From: Macrostomum lignano
Taxonomy: Eukaryota
Assembly: GCA_002269645.1 (NCBI GenBank)
Contig: NIVC01003394.1
Coordinates: 1 to 64,000, forward strand
Direction: 5' to 3'
Length of the DNA: 64,000 nt
Shown: one piece after another, positions 24,801 through 42,704 of the stretch
Layout of the letters: the number at the start of each line of letters is the position of its first letter
Position numbering within the stretch: position 1 is the stretch's first letter
Notes under the pieces: model-generated
What the model was told of the DNA's origin: nothing
Seen by the model: only the letters and a program-made list of their open reading frames with translations
The model's database searches: none
Position numbers and translations under genes: made by a program

Positions 24801-27633
24801 ATGAGGCTGCTAATCATTGATGCAGGCTATTGTGGATAATAAGTGTAGTGTCTAAAAACTATTAGTCTACTTGGACAGTAGGGTCCCTTTCAAAAGACCA
24901 AAGTTTCATAACGCCAAAAGACACCTGCCTTCACAAGACCGAAAACTACTGCATGTTCCTTCACAAGACGGAAACGTCACAAGACCGAAACTTCACAGAA
25001 CCGAAACTTCACAAGACCGAAACTTCACAAGACCGAAACTTCACAGAACCGAAACTTCACATCGTAGAAAACTTAATAACAAGTACCATGCAGAATTTTC
25101 CGCGTTGTGAAATTTCGGTCTTATAAAGCCCCCAGATAGTACATGTATCGAACATATTTTTATTGAGTATTTTCTTAGTCTATTTTCCCTGTATATTTCT
25201 ACTATCAGTACGGCACACCAAAAAAAGTTTTTTACATACGGTATTCCGTGGAGGTTCAGCCAAGCAAACATAAATATAAATATACTGTAGCGATCCATTT
25301 TTATTAGAGGCAGGGGGGTTGTGTGCACCCTGGCGCACTTTAAGCGACATAGGCACACAACCGGCGAGAGGCATTACTGCCCATTCCGCCGACTCCCCTG
25401 AGCAGGCACACAAGCGCACGGATACGTACACAGGCACACACTCACACAGGAGTGTACAGCGGCCCTAACTTTATATTATCGTTAGGCATGTACACTTCAC
25501 TGCGCCTTGGGGGGTTGGCTCTCAAGGCCGTTAATTGCATGAGCAGAGCCAAGCCGAGATTCCAATTCAGCCCCAAATTAATGTGACTGCACTTGGAATC
25601 GAGCCTGGGTCGCTGGCACACCAGAGCAGCTGCGCTACCGCTGGGCTACGGCCCCCTGACTTCACAGATACTAGAATAACTAGATGTGCCACTCAGCATA
25701 TTTGCGGGTAAGCTACTTTCAGTTCAGTAGCAAGTTAAACCACCCGCCCCAATTTTTATTGCCTTTCTCGAAATTCCAGCCTAAAGCTGCCATGTACATT
25801 TCAGTGGACTGGCTAATGTACATTACTGCTGAACCAATTAGCAAGTAGTTTACTCCTGCAAGCTTGGGCTTCTAAACTTATCAAAGTCATTTCAGCCGCC
25901 TTTATTTAAAAAAATAGCTTATGTATTCTTCTTTGCTACTGAACTGAAAGTAGAAAGCTGTTTTACCAAGTATATATGCCTGAGTGGCCCATCTAGTTAT
26001 TCTAGAATCTGTGGTTGACTTGAAACTTTTTTTTATTAGAGGCAGGGGGGCTGCGTGCACCCTGGCGCAATTTAAGCGTCATTGGCACACAACCGGCGAG
26101 AGGCATTACTGCCCATTCCGCCGACTCCCCTGAGCAGGCATACAAGCGCGCGGATACGTTACGCAGGCACACACTCACACAGGAGTGTACAGCGGCCCTA
26201 ACTTTATCAATTATTAGGCATGTACACTTCACTGCGCCTTGGGGGGTTGGCTCTCAAGGCCGTTAATTGCACAAGCGAGCCAAGCCAAGATTCCAATTCA
26301 GCCCCAAATTAATGTGGCTGCACTTGGAATCGAGCCTGGGTCGCGGCACACCAGAGCAGCTGCGCTACCGCTGGGCTACGGCCCCCCTTGACTTGAAACT
26401 TTAGCGTCACAAAACTTTAAGTAGTATTAAGTCTTTCTTCTTGATACTACTTTTAGTAGAAATGCAAACAAAGTAGTGACTGACGCCTCACCTAGCGGAC
26501 AGCACATTGTCCAGGCTATCCTCGCCGGGAATGCCGAGGCGCTTGGCCCGCGAGGCTCCGTATGCGAGCACCACGGCGGTGTACGCGTCCAGCAGGTGCC
26601 GCAGGCGGACGTCGGTGCCGACGCTGACATTGCCGAAGAAGGCTAATCGAGGATCACGGGCGATCTTGGTGAACCCCGTGATCACGTTTTTAACGTCCGG
26701 ATGGTCGGGTGCGACGCCGTAGCGAACGAGGCCGAATGGCACTGGCAGGCGTTCGAGCAGGTCTACCTTGAAATGCGGTTTGGAGAATGGGGCTTGGTGT
26801 GGGCATTTTTTACGCATTTCTGGAACCAAAATCGCGGATCAAGATTATTAGAGTAGGGATCATGATTATTGTATTTAGATTAGGATTTTTGAGGTGGGGA
26901 TTAGGATTATTGAGATGGGGATCGGGATTATTGGGGTGGGGATTAGGATTATTGGGGTGGGGATCAGGATTATTGAGGTGGGGATCAGGATTATTGGGGT
27001 GGAGATCATGATTATTGAGGTGGAGATCATGATTATTGAGATGGGGATTAGGAATATTGGGGCAGGGATCAGGATTTTTGAGGTGGGGATCAGGATTATT
27101 GAGGTGGGGATTAGGATTATTAGGTGGTGAGGATCAGGATTTTTGGATTGGGGATTAGGATTATTGAGGTGGGGATTAGGATTATTGGGTTGGGGATTAG
27201 GATTATCGGGGTGGGGATCAGGATTATTAGAGTAGGGATCATGATTCTTGTATTTAGATTAGGATTATCAGGATGGGGTCCAGGATTGTTAGAGTAGGGA
27301 GCACAATTCTAAGACCTAGATTAAGATTATCAGACTGCATAACAGGATGATCAGACTTTGAGATGATTATTCTTACAATAAATAAAACTAAAATTGGAAT
27401 AGGAATAAGAAATGTCTAAAAAACTACCTACAAAAAAAGCAATAAACCAGCAGTCATACCTGCATGCTGGGATGCAGCTTTAACAGCTGTTGTGCCACAT
27501 AGAAAGAGGCTGGGCCACTGCCAACAATGGCAACTGTTGGAGGCAATGACGACTTTGCCTGTGTTGCAGAACTGTACAATCTGCTTCTAGATAAGCAAGA
27601 TGACAAGAAGAGCTGTCTAGCAAAAGGCCACAT
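21891..27633 (-). CDS. FDXR: NADPH:adrenodoxin oxidoreductase (ferredoxin reductase); exons 27633..27460, 26766..26492, 24765..24382, 22553..21891; one 1-nt frameshift near 24512
   Basis: Mitochondrial-type leader, [96 protein letters not shown]; intron phases 0, 2, 0 match. Confidence 0.93.
22740..24290. repeat. ~23-bp minisatellite in FDXR intron 3
   Basis: Unit gatgggagattctagggctagtt; the left block has the variant gaaaggggattctagggctagtt. Confidence 0.95.
25298..25656 (-). mobile_element. tRNA-derived SINE family A copy 1
   Basis: Minus-strand head ggggccgTAGCCCAGCGGtagcgc...caGGCTCGATTCCaag (A and B boxes) and an A-rich tail; near-identical to 26030..26387. Confidence 0.8.
25663..26013. 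mobile_element. MITE family B copy 3, in opposite orientation to copies 1 and 2
   Basis: Same TIRs; flanks cctgactt / gttgactt (partial TSD). Confidence 0.82.
26030..26387 (-). mobile_element. tRNA-derived SINE family A copy 2
   Basis: A/B-box head, poly-A tail, 15-bp TSD ttgacttgaaacttt (26015-29 / 26388-402). Confidence 0.87.
26830..27330. repeat. ~21-bp degenerate minisatellite in FDXR intron 1
   Basis: Unit ggggat(t/c)aggattattgaggt. Confidence 0.88.
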
Positions 27634-29879
27634 TTTCAAAGTAGATTTTTAGGCAATTGCTTGCTATATTAAGTTTAGTTGATATGTAAGCCATCAAAAT
27701 TAAGTACAAATAATTTTTTATAATAAAATGAACAAATTAAATGATGATATAGTTCAACATTTAAATACAATAGCTTAAATATATTAACTGCAACTAATTG
27801 TAAGACAAAATACTTTAATACTACAAAAAATGCATTTATTAGTTATACTACACATTTTTGCATTCTATTTCAATAAAACCACATTCAATTTCAGCAAACT
27901 GGCTTTTATTTTCAGCATCAGCTATGGCCACACATCTAAACTGATGCCAAAAATGAAGCCTATTTGATGAAATTGAATGTAGTTTTATTGAAATAGAATA
28001 GTGAATACAAAAAAAGTGTATTAGATTAAGAAATTAAATTATTTATGATCAATATTTGATCCACTTTCAAATCATTTCATAGGCCTAATTTGAAATTTTA
28101 TATAAGCACACTAAGCCTTTCATAGCTTTATAGTAGTGTAGGCATTCAAATTCTAAATTCATATGGAACATCCATTAAAAGCATTAAAAATATCTTTTTT
28201 CAAATATTTGACCTTCCAATTGGTACAAATTTTATATACCAATTACCCCTATCTATAACTACGAGTCCTACAAATTAGGAATTCATAACTACGAATTATG
28301 CCTTATAGTCCCAAGTATGCACCATGTATATGAGAATTTTTTTGCTTTGTATGTTGCATATGGGAGAGTTGGATCAAATGCACCCTGAGTATGTGCCAAT
28401 AGACTAGGGCTAGGGGGTTGCAAATTGGGACACTATGATAATAAAGGACCATTTTTGCATTGCAACTATTGCTTTTTGTGTTTTGAATTTTATGTGAAAC
28501 AATAGATAAACAATGTTTATAGAAATGCTCTCTTATTTGCAACCTAAAACATTTATTTGCTTTTTAGTTAAATTAACTATGCCCTTTTTCAAATTACATA
28601 CAATACTTGCTTTAAAAATGATAAGTATCACGTTGTGTTTTGAAATGACTGAAAATTTTCCATATGGCCAGTGTTGCGCACTATTAATGAAAATCTTAAC
28701 TTATGTTAATGGCAAAAGCATTAGCTTTAAAACAAAAAAATCTTAATTTATTAACTCTTAATTTTGTTAAGTTAACTAAAAGTTAACTGATAATCATTAA
28801 TAAGCGTTAATCCATTTAAGTTAACATAGAAAAAACAAATCTTGCACTTTTTCCAAAACAGACTTCTTCATAATGCACTGTTTTTTGCTTTACCATCTTT
28901 TTAGCGAAACACTGAGGTCAGTACTACAGTAGCTGATCAGGCATTTTGGCTTAATAAGACAGTCATAGTTATTCCTGCCATTTACCCAAAGTTGTGTTAA
29001 TTTTGATTTAGGTTTTTTTACATGTAAGTTGCATTTTTGGCCAAAAACTATGTCACATTATTGTTAAAACTAATTTGCATAGCCAACCAAATTTTGGAAG
29101 TTGCGCATGTTCATGTATGTATCAGGGTCTAGCTAGCCACTAACTAGAACCTTATATAAATGAGTAATAATAACTCAAACATACATAGAATATGCTTATA
29201 TGGTTTTTCCGATTAATTATATAATTATATTTAATATTGTATTTTTTAACGTTTGTTTAAAAAATAAGTAGATAAGCAAATGGCGAAATCCAAAAACGTG
29301 GGATAAAACGGTAAAACAAATCTGCGGACATTCGATGGAAAGTAATGTATCTAAAAAAGGTTTTTGAAAGATAGATAGGTCTTTAGAAAATAGTTCTGGA
29401 TAAAAACTATTGTTTTCATGCTTTATATTGTTGAATAAATAAGAAAAAACCACAAAAAAGCATTTTGAAAGTCCGAGTTGACCGATTTGCAATTTTTTGT
29501 TTCACTTTTTTTTCATTATTAAACAATTAATTTTAAGACTTGTAGGCCTTAGAGAAGGCTAATTTTTTTACTACTTACAAAACAGAAAGTAATCTGTGTT
29601 TTACTTTTTATTCAATTCAAAAAGATGAAGTATTTCTAAGGATTTCAAAGTTTTTCTAAAACCATATAAACTCGCAAAAATTCATACTAATATAAAGTGC
29701 AAAGTTTGCCAGCAAACATCTTTTTCTAAAAGTAAATATATCGCTAATTCCTTGTTGCAAAATAATCTTTAAGTTGTTTTCTTTCATTTAAATATCAACT
29801 TGCATAGTATTAGTATTTGTAATATGCCTATATTTAGACTTAAAAATTTTGGGTAAAAAATGGTACCACAAAATGTGAA

Positions 29880-30582
29880 CCCGGCATCCAAATCAGATGC
29901 TTACTGTATGCTCATTAAGCGACGAAGAACAATGAAATTACACTAAAACATGTATCATCGCGGCGTGTATGCAGGAAAAAAAGAATTTTCCAAATCGCTT
30001 CAGTAGAAGCTGAGTAAAATGCAATTTTCCTATCCTTATGGGAATTCCAATGTGTTACCCGGCTTCCAAATCAGATGCTTACTGTATGCTTATTAAGTGA
30101 CGAAGAACAATGAAATTACACTAAAACATGTATCATCGCGGCGTGTATGCAGGAAAAAAAGAATTTTCCAAATCGCTTCAGTAGAAGCTGAGTAAAATGC
30201 AATTTTCCAATCCTTATGGGAATTCCAATGTGTTACCCGGCTTCCAAATCAGATGCTTACTGTATGCTTATTAAGCGACGAAGAACAATGAAATTACACT
30301 AAAACATGTATCATCGCGGCGTGTATGCAGGAAAAAAAGAATTTTCCAAATCGCTTCAGTAGAAGCTGAGTAAAATGCAATTTTCCAATCCTTATGGGAA
30401 TTCCAATGTGTTACCCGGCTTCCAAATCAGATGCTTACTGTATGCTTATTAAGCGACGAAGAACAATGAAATTACACTAAAACATGTATCATCGCGGCGT
30501 GTATGCAGGAAAAAAAGAATTTTCCAAATCGCTTTAGTAGAAGCTGAGTAAAATGCAATTTTCCGATCCTTACGGGAATTTG
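29880..30582. repeat. 178-bp tandem repeat, ~4 near-identical copies
   Basis: ccgg anchor at 29881, 30059, 30237, 30415 (period 178). Confidence 0.93.
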
Positions 30583-31141
30583 TATGTTTAAATAATAAAC
30601 TTACGTTGAATACAATTTATTGCAAACGAACTCTACAAAATACACGTTGTCAAGAGTAACGAAAGTGATAAACAAATAAAACCTTAAAATAATGTTAAAT
30701 ATGTTGTAGAATTATAGAGTGTAACATTATAAGATAGTTAAAGTTAATAAAATACATTATTATAGCTTTTCAATCATTTTCATTAGACTCATTTTAGGTC
30801 GTAATTAAACTTACCGTTTTAACAAATCATTTTATTAAAAATAAAGCTATACGAAAATAATTTGTGCTTTAATAGACTTTTTTACTTTTTAAAAACTTGA
30901 ATAAATTTATTTTATAGCTTTATTGCTTTCAAATTGCCAAAAAACGAATTTTCATAAAACTTGCCCCGATTTTTGGATTTCCCCAAATAAGCAAGCTACA
31001 AACAGGTAGAATAAGTCTGAGACATTATGGTATAACTAAGCTACTTGAATTGAATACTTTTATTAATGTAATTAAACCCCACCCCACATAAAGGCATACA
31101 ACCCCTTTAAAGTGGAAAGAGACTTTTAGGGTGGCCTGCAC

Positions 31142-33845
31142 GGTTGACGGTCGTTTCGTCTGCCGCCAGTTCGTCTGCCACCCTTTCGTCTGCAAAAATA
31201 CGATACAGTCGTTTCGTCTGCCAACGAATAGTAAAGTTTTAATAAGTGTAAATATGTCAGTTGTTGTCATTAATTTGATATTTGAGATATTTGAGATAAC
31301 AGTGATTAAGATATCGGGATCATTTCTTAGTAGTAATGACTTAAACGAGTAATTTATGAATATTTATGTTTATATTTAATAAACTACGCAATTGAACGAA
31401 TTCAATGCATTTTCGTCATGACTCATGATATGGCATGACGCCATACTATCTCTTAACCGTCTTAAAGCTTCAAAGCTCAAAAGCAATTAGTCGAGTTAGA
31501 ATTATTTTACTTATTATAAGTAAGTTACACGCGCACAAATTATAAATCCCATTCTCACAGCTCACTACGTAGATTCAATTAAAGCTTATGTGGTAGTAGC
31601 GGACTACCACTAACTACTCGTAATTTTTTAATTAATTCCTCAAATAACATATATTACGGACATTCCCCTTTTCCACCGCCCCGTTTCTGGCCCAATCTGT
31701 CCACCCCTTGGCGCTATCTATGACGCGTTTGCCCTTTTTCTGGTGTAACTGCCCTCTTTCTGGTTTTCCGTGCCCTTTTTCTGTTTTTGTTTTTTTTCTT
31801 TGTGTTTTTCTGCGGAATTTTGCTCACCATGTTCTGGGCCTTTGTGTCCACGTTCTGTCCCCATTCTCTGGACCACTTTGCCCACTTTCTGTTCCTTTTT
31901 TGTTATTTAGCTTGGCTCGCCCCCTCTCTCTCCTTTAAACCCGTCTGCTGCTTCTTCTTTTCACCTCTCCTTCTCTTTTTCGCGAACTTAAACTTAATAA
32001 ATTTAATACTTTGTTCTCAGTTAGGGTAAATCCCTTAAAAGTCTAGGGACTTACGAGGGGTGTCCAAAAAGTAGTGATACTTTTAACCGTAGCTCTCGTT
32101 CTGTAGCTTCCTGTGATTTAAAATTTTATGAACTGATAGCGGAAAATCTCTTCTACAGACTGCTTTTTTGAATTTTTAAAATTGATACTAGAGAACAAAA
32201 GTTATACCCACGAAAGTAACAGTACCTGTACCATAGAGTTACACAAATTATATCGAAATTTATAGTAGTTGACTTCTGCACTCATTCATTAAGAAGGCAT
32301 CGATAAATGTCTTGTTTAAGCAATACCAAAGCCCAATTGCAAAATGATGCTCACTGTGACTGACTGAAATTTATCTATGGACGGGATCAGGCGCAGAAAA
32401 ATAAAGCATTAAATGCATTACTTTACTTGCAAACAGAGGATCGCTTGCATTTTGCGATTCGTTCATGATTTCATTGCCCATACTCGACAACACACATGAA
32501 TGTGCACTCAGTTGTTGCTCAGCAAAGCACTATCTTCACTCTTTGGGGCGCTGGCCATGGTGCCTCAGAAATTCACGCAAAACTTTGCTCTGCGCACGGA
32601 TCCTCTGCGGTCAGCAAAATGACAGTTTATCGATGGATGGAGCAGTTCAGCGAGGGAAGGATTGACTTGGCAGATCAGCATTGGACGGGGCGGCCATACG
32701 TTCATCGACCTGATGTACTGGCGGACTCCATTCTGAATCTTCTTGACGAGGACTCCCGAATGACCATTAGAGAGATCGCTGACAGGTTGGACAAGCCGAA
32801 ATCAACAATTCATCGAAGCTTACTCGGCATGGATCTCGTGAAGCTCAGCCTATAATTTGTGTAACTCTATGGTACAGGTACTGTTACTTTTGTGGGTATA
32901 ACTTTTGTTCTCTGGGATCAATTTTAAAAATTCAAAAAGCAGTCTGTAGAAGAGATTTTCCGCTATCAGTTCATAAAATTTTAAATCACAGGAAGCTACA
33001 GAACGAGAGCTACGGTTAAAAGTATCACTATTTTTTGGACACCCCTCGTATATTTGACTGTTTAGAGCTCCGCACCGCGGCTCCCCCGGAACATTTCCTG
33101 TCGTTTGGTCGTCTCCGCTACAATATTCAGCGTTGAATAATAAACTAACGTCAATTGTTTTCAACTATACCTAATCGAAAGCCGTAGCTTATCTTAAGTC
33201 ATTTGCCCGTGGGGCGTAAAATACCCAAGTTCTCATCTTAAAAGAAAGCTCTGAGACTTCAACGTTCCGTAATACGTAAATTACGGTGGTGGCAGCGCTA
33301 CTTTACTAACAGTAATCAATTAAACAATCGAAGTGCGTTAACTACGGTGTCTAAGGACCCTCTCTGAACGATCGCGCCTAACGAAGACCGTTCGTCTACG
33401 GCTAGACTACCCTCCCCCCGGGATTGAGGACCCCGGCAGTCGGAGTAAAACAAGAGGCGAATTTCCGTTGTGATTCTTCTGCGCGTTTTCCGGCTTCAAC
33501 TCGTGCGAACACAACGACGACCGGTTTCGAAGAAACCCCGAGTCCAAATTCGCGGCCGCCGATAATTTGAACCCAAATTATACAAGGAACCCCCATTGTC
33601 AAAATCGCCCCACCTCACTTATATACGAATAATTGTATTTCTTGGAAACATTGCGATAAGCAAAATAAAAAATACAAAGACTACATATAATTCTAAATCT
33701 GAAAATTACTAGTAAATTCTAACTATTAAAAATAAACTATAAATTAATTTCAGCCATTTAAAAAAAACTTATTTTGCTACTTATTTTAAAAAGTCGTTTC
33801 GTCTGCCGGCAGACGAAAAGGCGGCAGACAAAATGACCGCGCACC
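31142..33845. mobile_element. Non-autonomous DNA transposon with GG-starting TIRs and 8-bp TSD (Merlin- or MULE-like), host of a nested mariner
   Basis: Left ggttgacggtcgtttcgtctgccgcc versus right reverse complement ggtgcgcggtcattttgtctgccgcc; TSD gcctgcac at 31134-41 and 33846-53; subterminal TTCGTCTGCC repeats. Confidence 0.68.
32054..33048 (+). mobile_element. Internally deleted mariner (Tc1/mariner) element with ~200-bp TIRs and a truncated transposase N-terminus (32496..32855)
   Basis: TA|CGAGGGGTGTCC...GGACACCCCTCG|TA; arms 32054-32252 and 32851-33048. Peptide ASEIHAKL..AHG..AVS..TVYRW..QF.EGR.DL.D..WTGRP...D.RMTIREIA is a mariner bipartite HTH; no DD34D domain. Confidence 0.9.
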
Positions 33846-35878
33846 GCCTGCACTCACCCTTTGCAATGCCATCCTTAAGCGCTTGTGGCTTGATGTAAGA
33901 GTGTAGCTGTCCACGACCACAACTGCTACATTCCATCACGCTCTGATAACAATGTAATTCCCTAATTTCCTAACCTAAATCTTAAGTCTTATTCCTAATA
34001 GTTCCTACAATAGTCCCTAAATGACAGATTATTACTATCCTTATACCACTATCTTCCTAGGCCTATTCAAAATTTTCAATGCAATGAGATCTAGAATTTG
34101 CAGAATTCTAGAATTCGCATTTAATTAATGCAAATTTTATCTCTTCTCCTGATGATCCAAAATCAAATAAAGATGCATGTGCACTGCACCCATGACCCAT
34201 GCAAACCAAATTTATGAATTATTCAATTAAATTAAAGGATACTTAAGCATTAATAAAGAGTAGCCTATAAAAAGATTTTACTAGCTAGTTACAAAAAGAA
34301 AGTAGAATGCGCGTGGCGACGGCGGTGGCATGTGTGAGTCGTAGAGCAGAATCTAGGCCCTAGCAGCTAGAGGAAGAGGAGATCGAGAGGTGAGGCCATG
34401 TAGATGGATTTATGTGGCCGTCAATCGCCAGCTCTCGTGCACCCATTGGCGCAACAAAGGGCAAGAGATGAACGGTCTTTGGGTCTTCACCTCTTGGATC
34501 CCCCCCCGACCGACTTTCTTGTTGCGCACAACGAGCAGTCCATCACCATGGTTCGTGCATGGGAATTCCATTGGGGGTTCGTGGGTTCGACGATATGTAA
34601 TTTTCGTATGCACAACGTTTTCTTGGATAATGTTTATTTAAAATTTATACATTACTATTGACTATAAATATTTTAATTTTTAACTTAAAATTTAGACCAA
34701 AAAAATCTGTAAGCAATAAATGAAGCGACATAAATTTCATTGCTTTTATCTTACGTGTTTTACTACACTTTTTAGCGAAAAATCAAATGGGCACGAATTA
34801 CGAGTAAGTACTTTCTTTGAAAGCAGTAAAAATCTATCGTTCTTTTTAGTTTTCAACCGGTTTATCTTATATTACATTATATTGTATATCATCTTTGGTT
34901 TACCCTAGTCATTTGATTTGGCCTTCTGCATCACATCATTATCAGCTTCGGCTTTTAAGTCTGGCATTCCTTGTGAGAATGTGCTGATTGTAATTCGGAA
35001 CAGTTTTATCATTGCGTTGCTGTACTAATGATTTAAGTATTAATCAAAGTTTTGTAGCAAAATTTGCTTTTAAAGTTCATCCATTGTATGCACTCAATGC
35101 TCATTCCATGTTCTATGTATGTTTAAGTAAACCATAGTCATGTGTATATGTCATGTGTATATTGTGTATGTGTATATTGTATATTGTGTTGTGTATATAT
35201 TATACACACGTCATGTGTATAATAGGCAAATTTTTAATTTTGTAGTGTCATCTGATTTGATGCCATGATGGTACAATATATGAGTATATTATCAATTTGC
35301 TAAATGAACTACTGGTAAATGTATGTAAAAATTCATAGAAAGCTATCAATTTTTTAAAAATATATTTTGCCATTGCCATTAAGCAATTTTAATTCAATTT
35401 CAAAAAAGGCTTTAAATCTCTAGTCTTGTCTTGTTTTGTTAAATAATTGCGCCTATATAAATAACAATCATATGTTATTTTAGGTTGTTTTATGCAATAG
35501 ACTATTATCAATTATGCATCATAATATGTATTACATTCAGAAAATAGTTTTATGCACTATTTTTATACAAATGTAGTATATATGATCTAAAGATTTATAA
35601 GAATTAAAGTCATTTAAATTATTTTTTTTTAAATTAGACTAGTCATATTTTACTAACACAATGGCAATCATTTAGCATTAGATACTATTTTATTTGTTCA
35701 AAAGTATTCAAAATAAATGTATTTGTTTTTTCAATTTATTTCATTTGTTAATGCTAAAGTACTGTACTTTGCTGATTATTAGAACCTATTTTTAAACATA
35801 GCTTAGTATCAACTATCTAATATAGATATATTTTTTTGCTATTTATTTTACCAAATATTTAATTTATTGCATGGCTAA

Positions 35879-40608
<4,730 letters not shown>

Positions 40609-40724
40609 ACAGGCAGGTTGACAACACATCGTTGTTTTGTTTTATGTCGTCGTCAATACATCGACGTGGACATGGTGGACAATACATACTACCCTACCCC
40701 CATCAAAATAAACAGGGGTCCAGG

Positions 40725-41013
40725 CATACATGCGCAACCTCCAACATTCGGTCGGCCGTGCGACTTAGTTTTAACAAAAATGCGACGTAGTTTTTGGCTA
40801 AAAAATGCGACTTACATGTAAAAAACCCTAAAGCAAAATTAACGCAACTTTGGGTAAACGGCAAGAGTAACAATAACTTTTTTTATTAAATCAAAATGCC
40901 TCGTCAGCTACTTAGTAGTACTACTTTGGTATTTTTCGGGTGGGAATTTTTGCGACTTCCTTGATTGGCCGCCAAATCGGTCGGCCGGATCGGCCGACTG
41001 TTGCGCATGTATG
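40725..41013. mobile_element. MITE family C copy 1 (14-bp TIR CATACATGCGCAAC, 8-bp TSD; P-element-like)
   Basis: Perfect TIR; TSD ggtccagg at 40717-24 and 41014-21. Confidence 0.88.
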
Positions 41014-41288
41014 GGTCCAGGGTCTTTCAAGTCTCAGTTGAGTGCTATTACTAGATACGGGAACTAGATATGGGAAATATGTGTTCCCGTAACCATATCC
41101 GCATCCGTATACTTTGTCAAAACACCATAGGCCGAAAAACCGCTGGCACGCACTCGTACACACTCTCACAGCGGTCCTGACTTTCTAATCACCAAGCATG
41201 TACACTCTCTGTGCCTTGGGGGTTGGCCCCCGTGGACGTGAGTCGCACGATAACCCTCTAGCCTATTTTCGTGTACAAGCCCCGAAAT

Positions 41289-41526
41289 CATACATGCGCA
41301 ACCCCCCTGATTTACACTGGCCATGCGACTTACCTGTGGAAGAAACCCTAGAGCAACATTAACGCAATTTTGGGTAAACGGCAGGAGTAACTATGTGCTA
41401 AATGCCTCGTCATCTAATTAGTACTACGTCTATTCTTTGGGGTGAGCATTTTTGCGACTTACCCCTGGTCCACCACAATTTACGGTGGCCAGATCGGCCA
41501 GGTCGGCCAGCAGTTGCGCATGTATG
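41289..41526. mobile_element. MITE family C copy 2
   Basis: Same TIR; TSD cccgaaat at 41281-88 and 41527-34; internal similarity to copy 1. Confidence 0.88.
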
Positions 41527-42080
41527 CCCGAAATGAACCAAGATTTGCGACGCGAGAGTCAGTGATTGTCATTCGGGAGCTTTCAAGACAGAACTATCCA
41601 CTGCCTCCATAGTCCCATTGATTCTATCTGTAGTGTTCCCCAAAAATGGGAAAAACTGGGGTCGATTTACGAGTACTTTGAAAATCTTCCAACATAATGC
41701 TTTTTCACGCTACTAACGTATATAAACGTATAAACGTATAAGCGTATGGGAGCCGGAGCCGGAGCCGGTGGACTAGCATATGCTGGTTCTATTATTAGAA
41801 ATGGCATATGCCAGTTCATGCTTTGTATGAATGCATTGCTCTTTCAAGTTGCCAATGAATTTTAGTTCCATGTTGTCGTCGCCTGGCTGATTAATACGAG
41901 TATTGAGAATGTTAAGCTGGCGTTGGGCCGGAACTTTTGCATGTTGCTGTGTTAGAAGATTTTCGAACTCTCTTGAGCTCTATTCGAACTCTTGAAAGTA
42001 TACTCGTGACAACTGCTCAGAACTGCTCAGCCCCTAGCCAAAGTTGGACTGTGTTCCGTGTTCGTGTGCCTGCCTGCTCA

Positions 42081-42398
42081 GAGGGTGTAGCGTAATGGTT
42101 AGAGCGTCGGACTTACAATTTGAAGGTCGGGGGTTCGATTCCGATCCCACTAGAAACAATTTGTGTCTTTGAGCAAGACTCTGCAGCTCTGCATTGCTTC
42201 AGTTCACCCAGCTGTAAAATGGGTGCCAGTATTAGCTGGGGTAATTGAGGATGTGTGTGTGTGTGTGCCCCTCTTTCCCCAGTGCTTGGACTGAACAGCC
42301 GTACGCAGCCTTCAGATGCGCCGCGCAATGGTTGCGGCTGAGCTGTTGGTTGCACATCTGCCCCTTAGGGCAGGTGTTATTAATTAATTATTATTATT
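42081..42398 (+). mobile_element. tRNA-derived SINE family B (tRNA head, conserved-looking core, (TTA)n tail)
   Basis: Head gagggtgTAGCGTAATGGttagagcg...GGTTCGATTCC; body gtgtctttgagcaagac...cacccagctgtaaaatggg; terminal hairpin ctgccc-ctta-gggcag and tail ttattaattaattattatt; second copy at 55725..55900. Confidence 0.8.
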
Positions 42399-42704
42399 TA
42401 TTGATTCAGTGGGAAAACGTATATCATGCCAGTCACCTTTACACTGATTACACTCACTACATTATTTATCAATTTTCAGATAAATTCTTTACTAGCTGTG
42501 CCTTCACGAATAATTTGTTAAAACAAGTTTTATTTATAAGCTTTCGCGATTCATTCATTAAAAAAGTTTAAATTTGTGTGTGCCTTTAGCATAGCGGTTT
42601 TATTTTTAAGTTCGGATATTTTTATCGATTCGATATATTATAGGTAGATATTACCCACCAATGTTGGTTTATTTTTTATATTCATAGTTGCATATTTTGC
42701 TTAA

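Noticed and set aside
34390-34661. GC-richer patch with short overlapping ORFs upstream of PQLC1
   Set aside because: No motif recognised; may be a 5' UTR exon or TE remnant but cannot be supported.
42081-42150. tRNA-Val(TAC) gene
   Set aside because: The acceptor and anticodon stems are imperfect, and the sequence continues into a repeated body with a (TTA)n tail; it is a SINE head.
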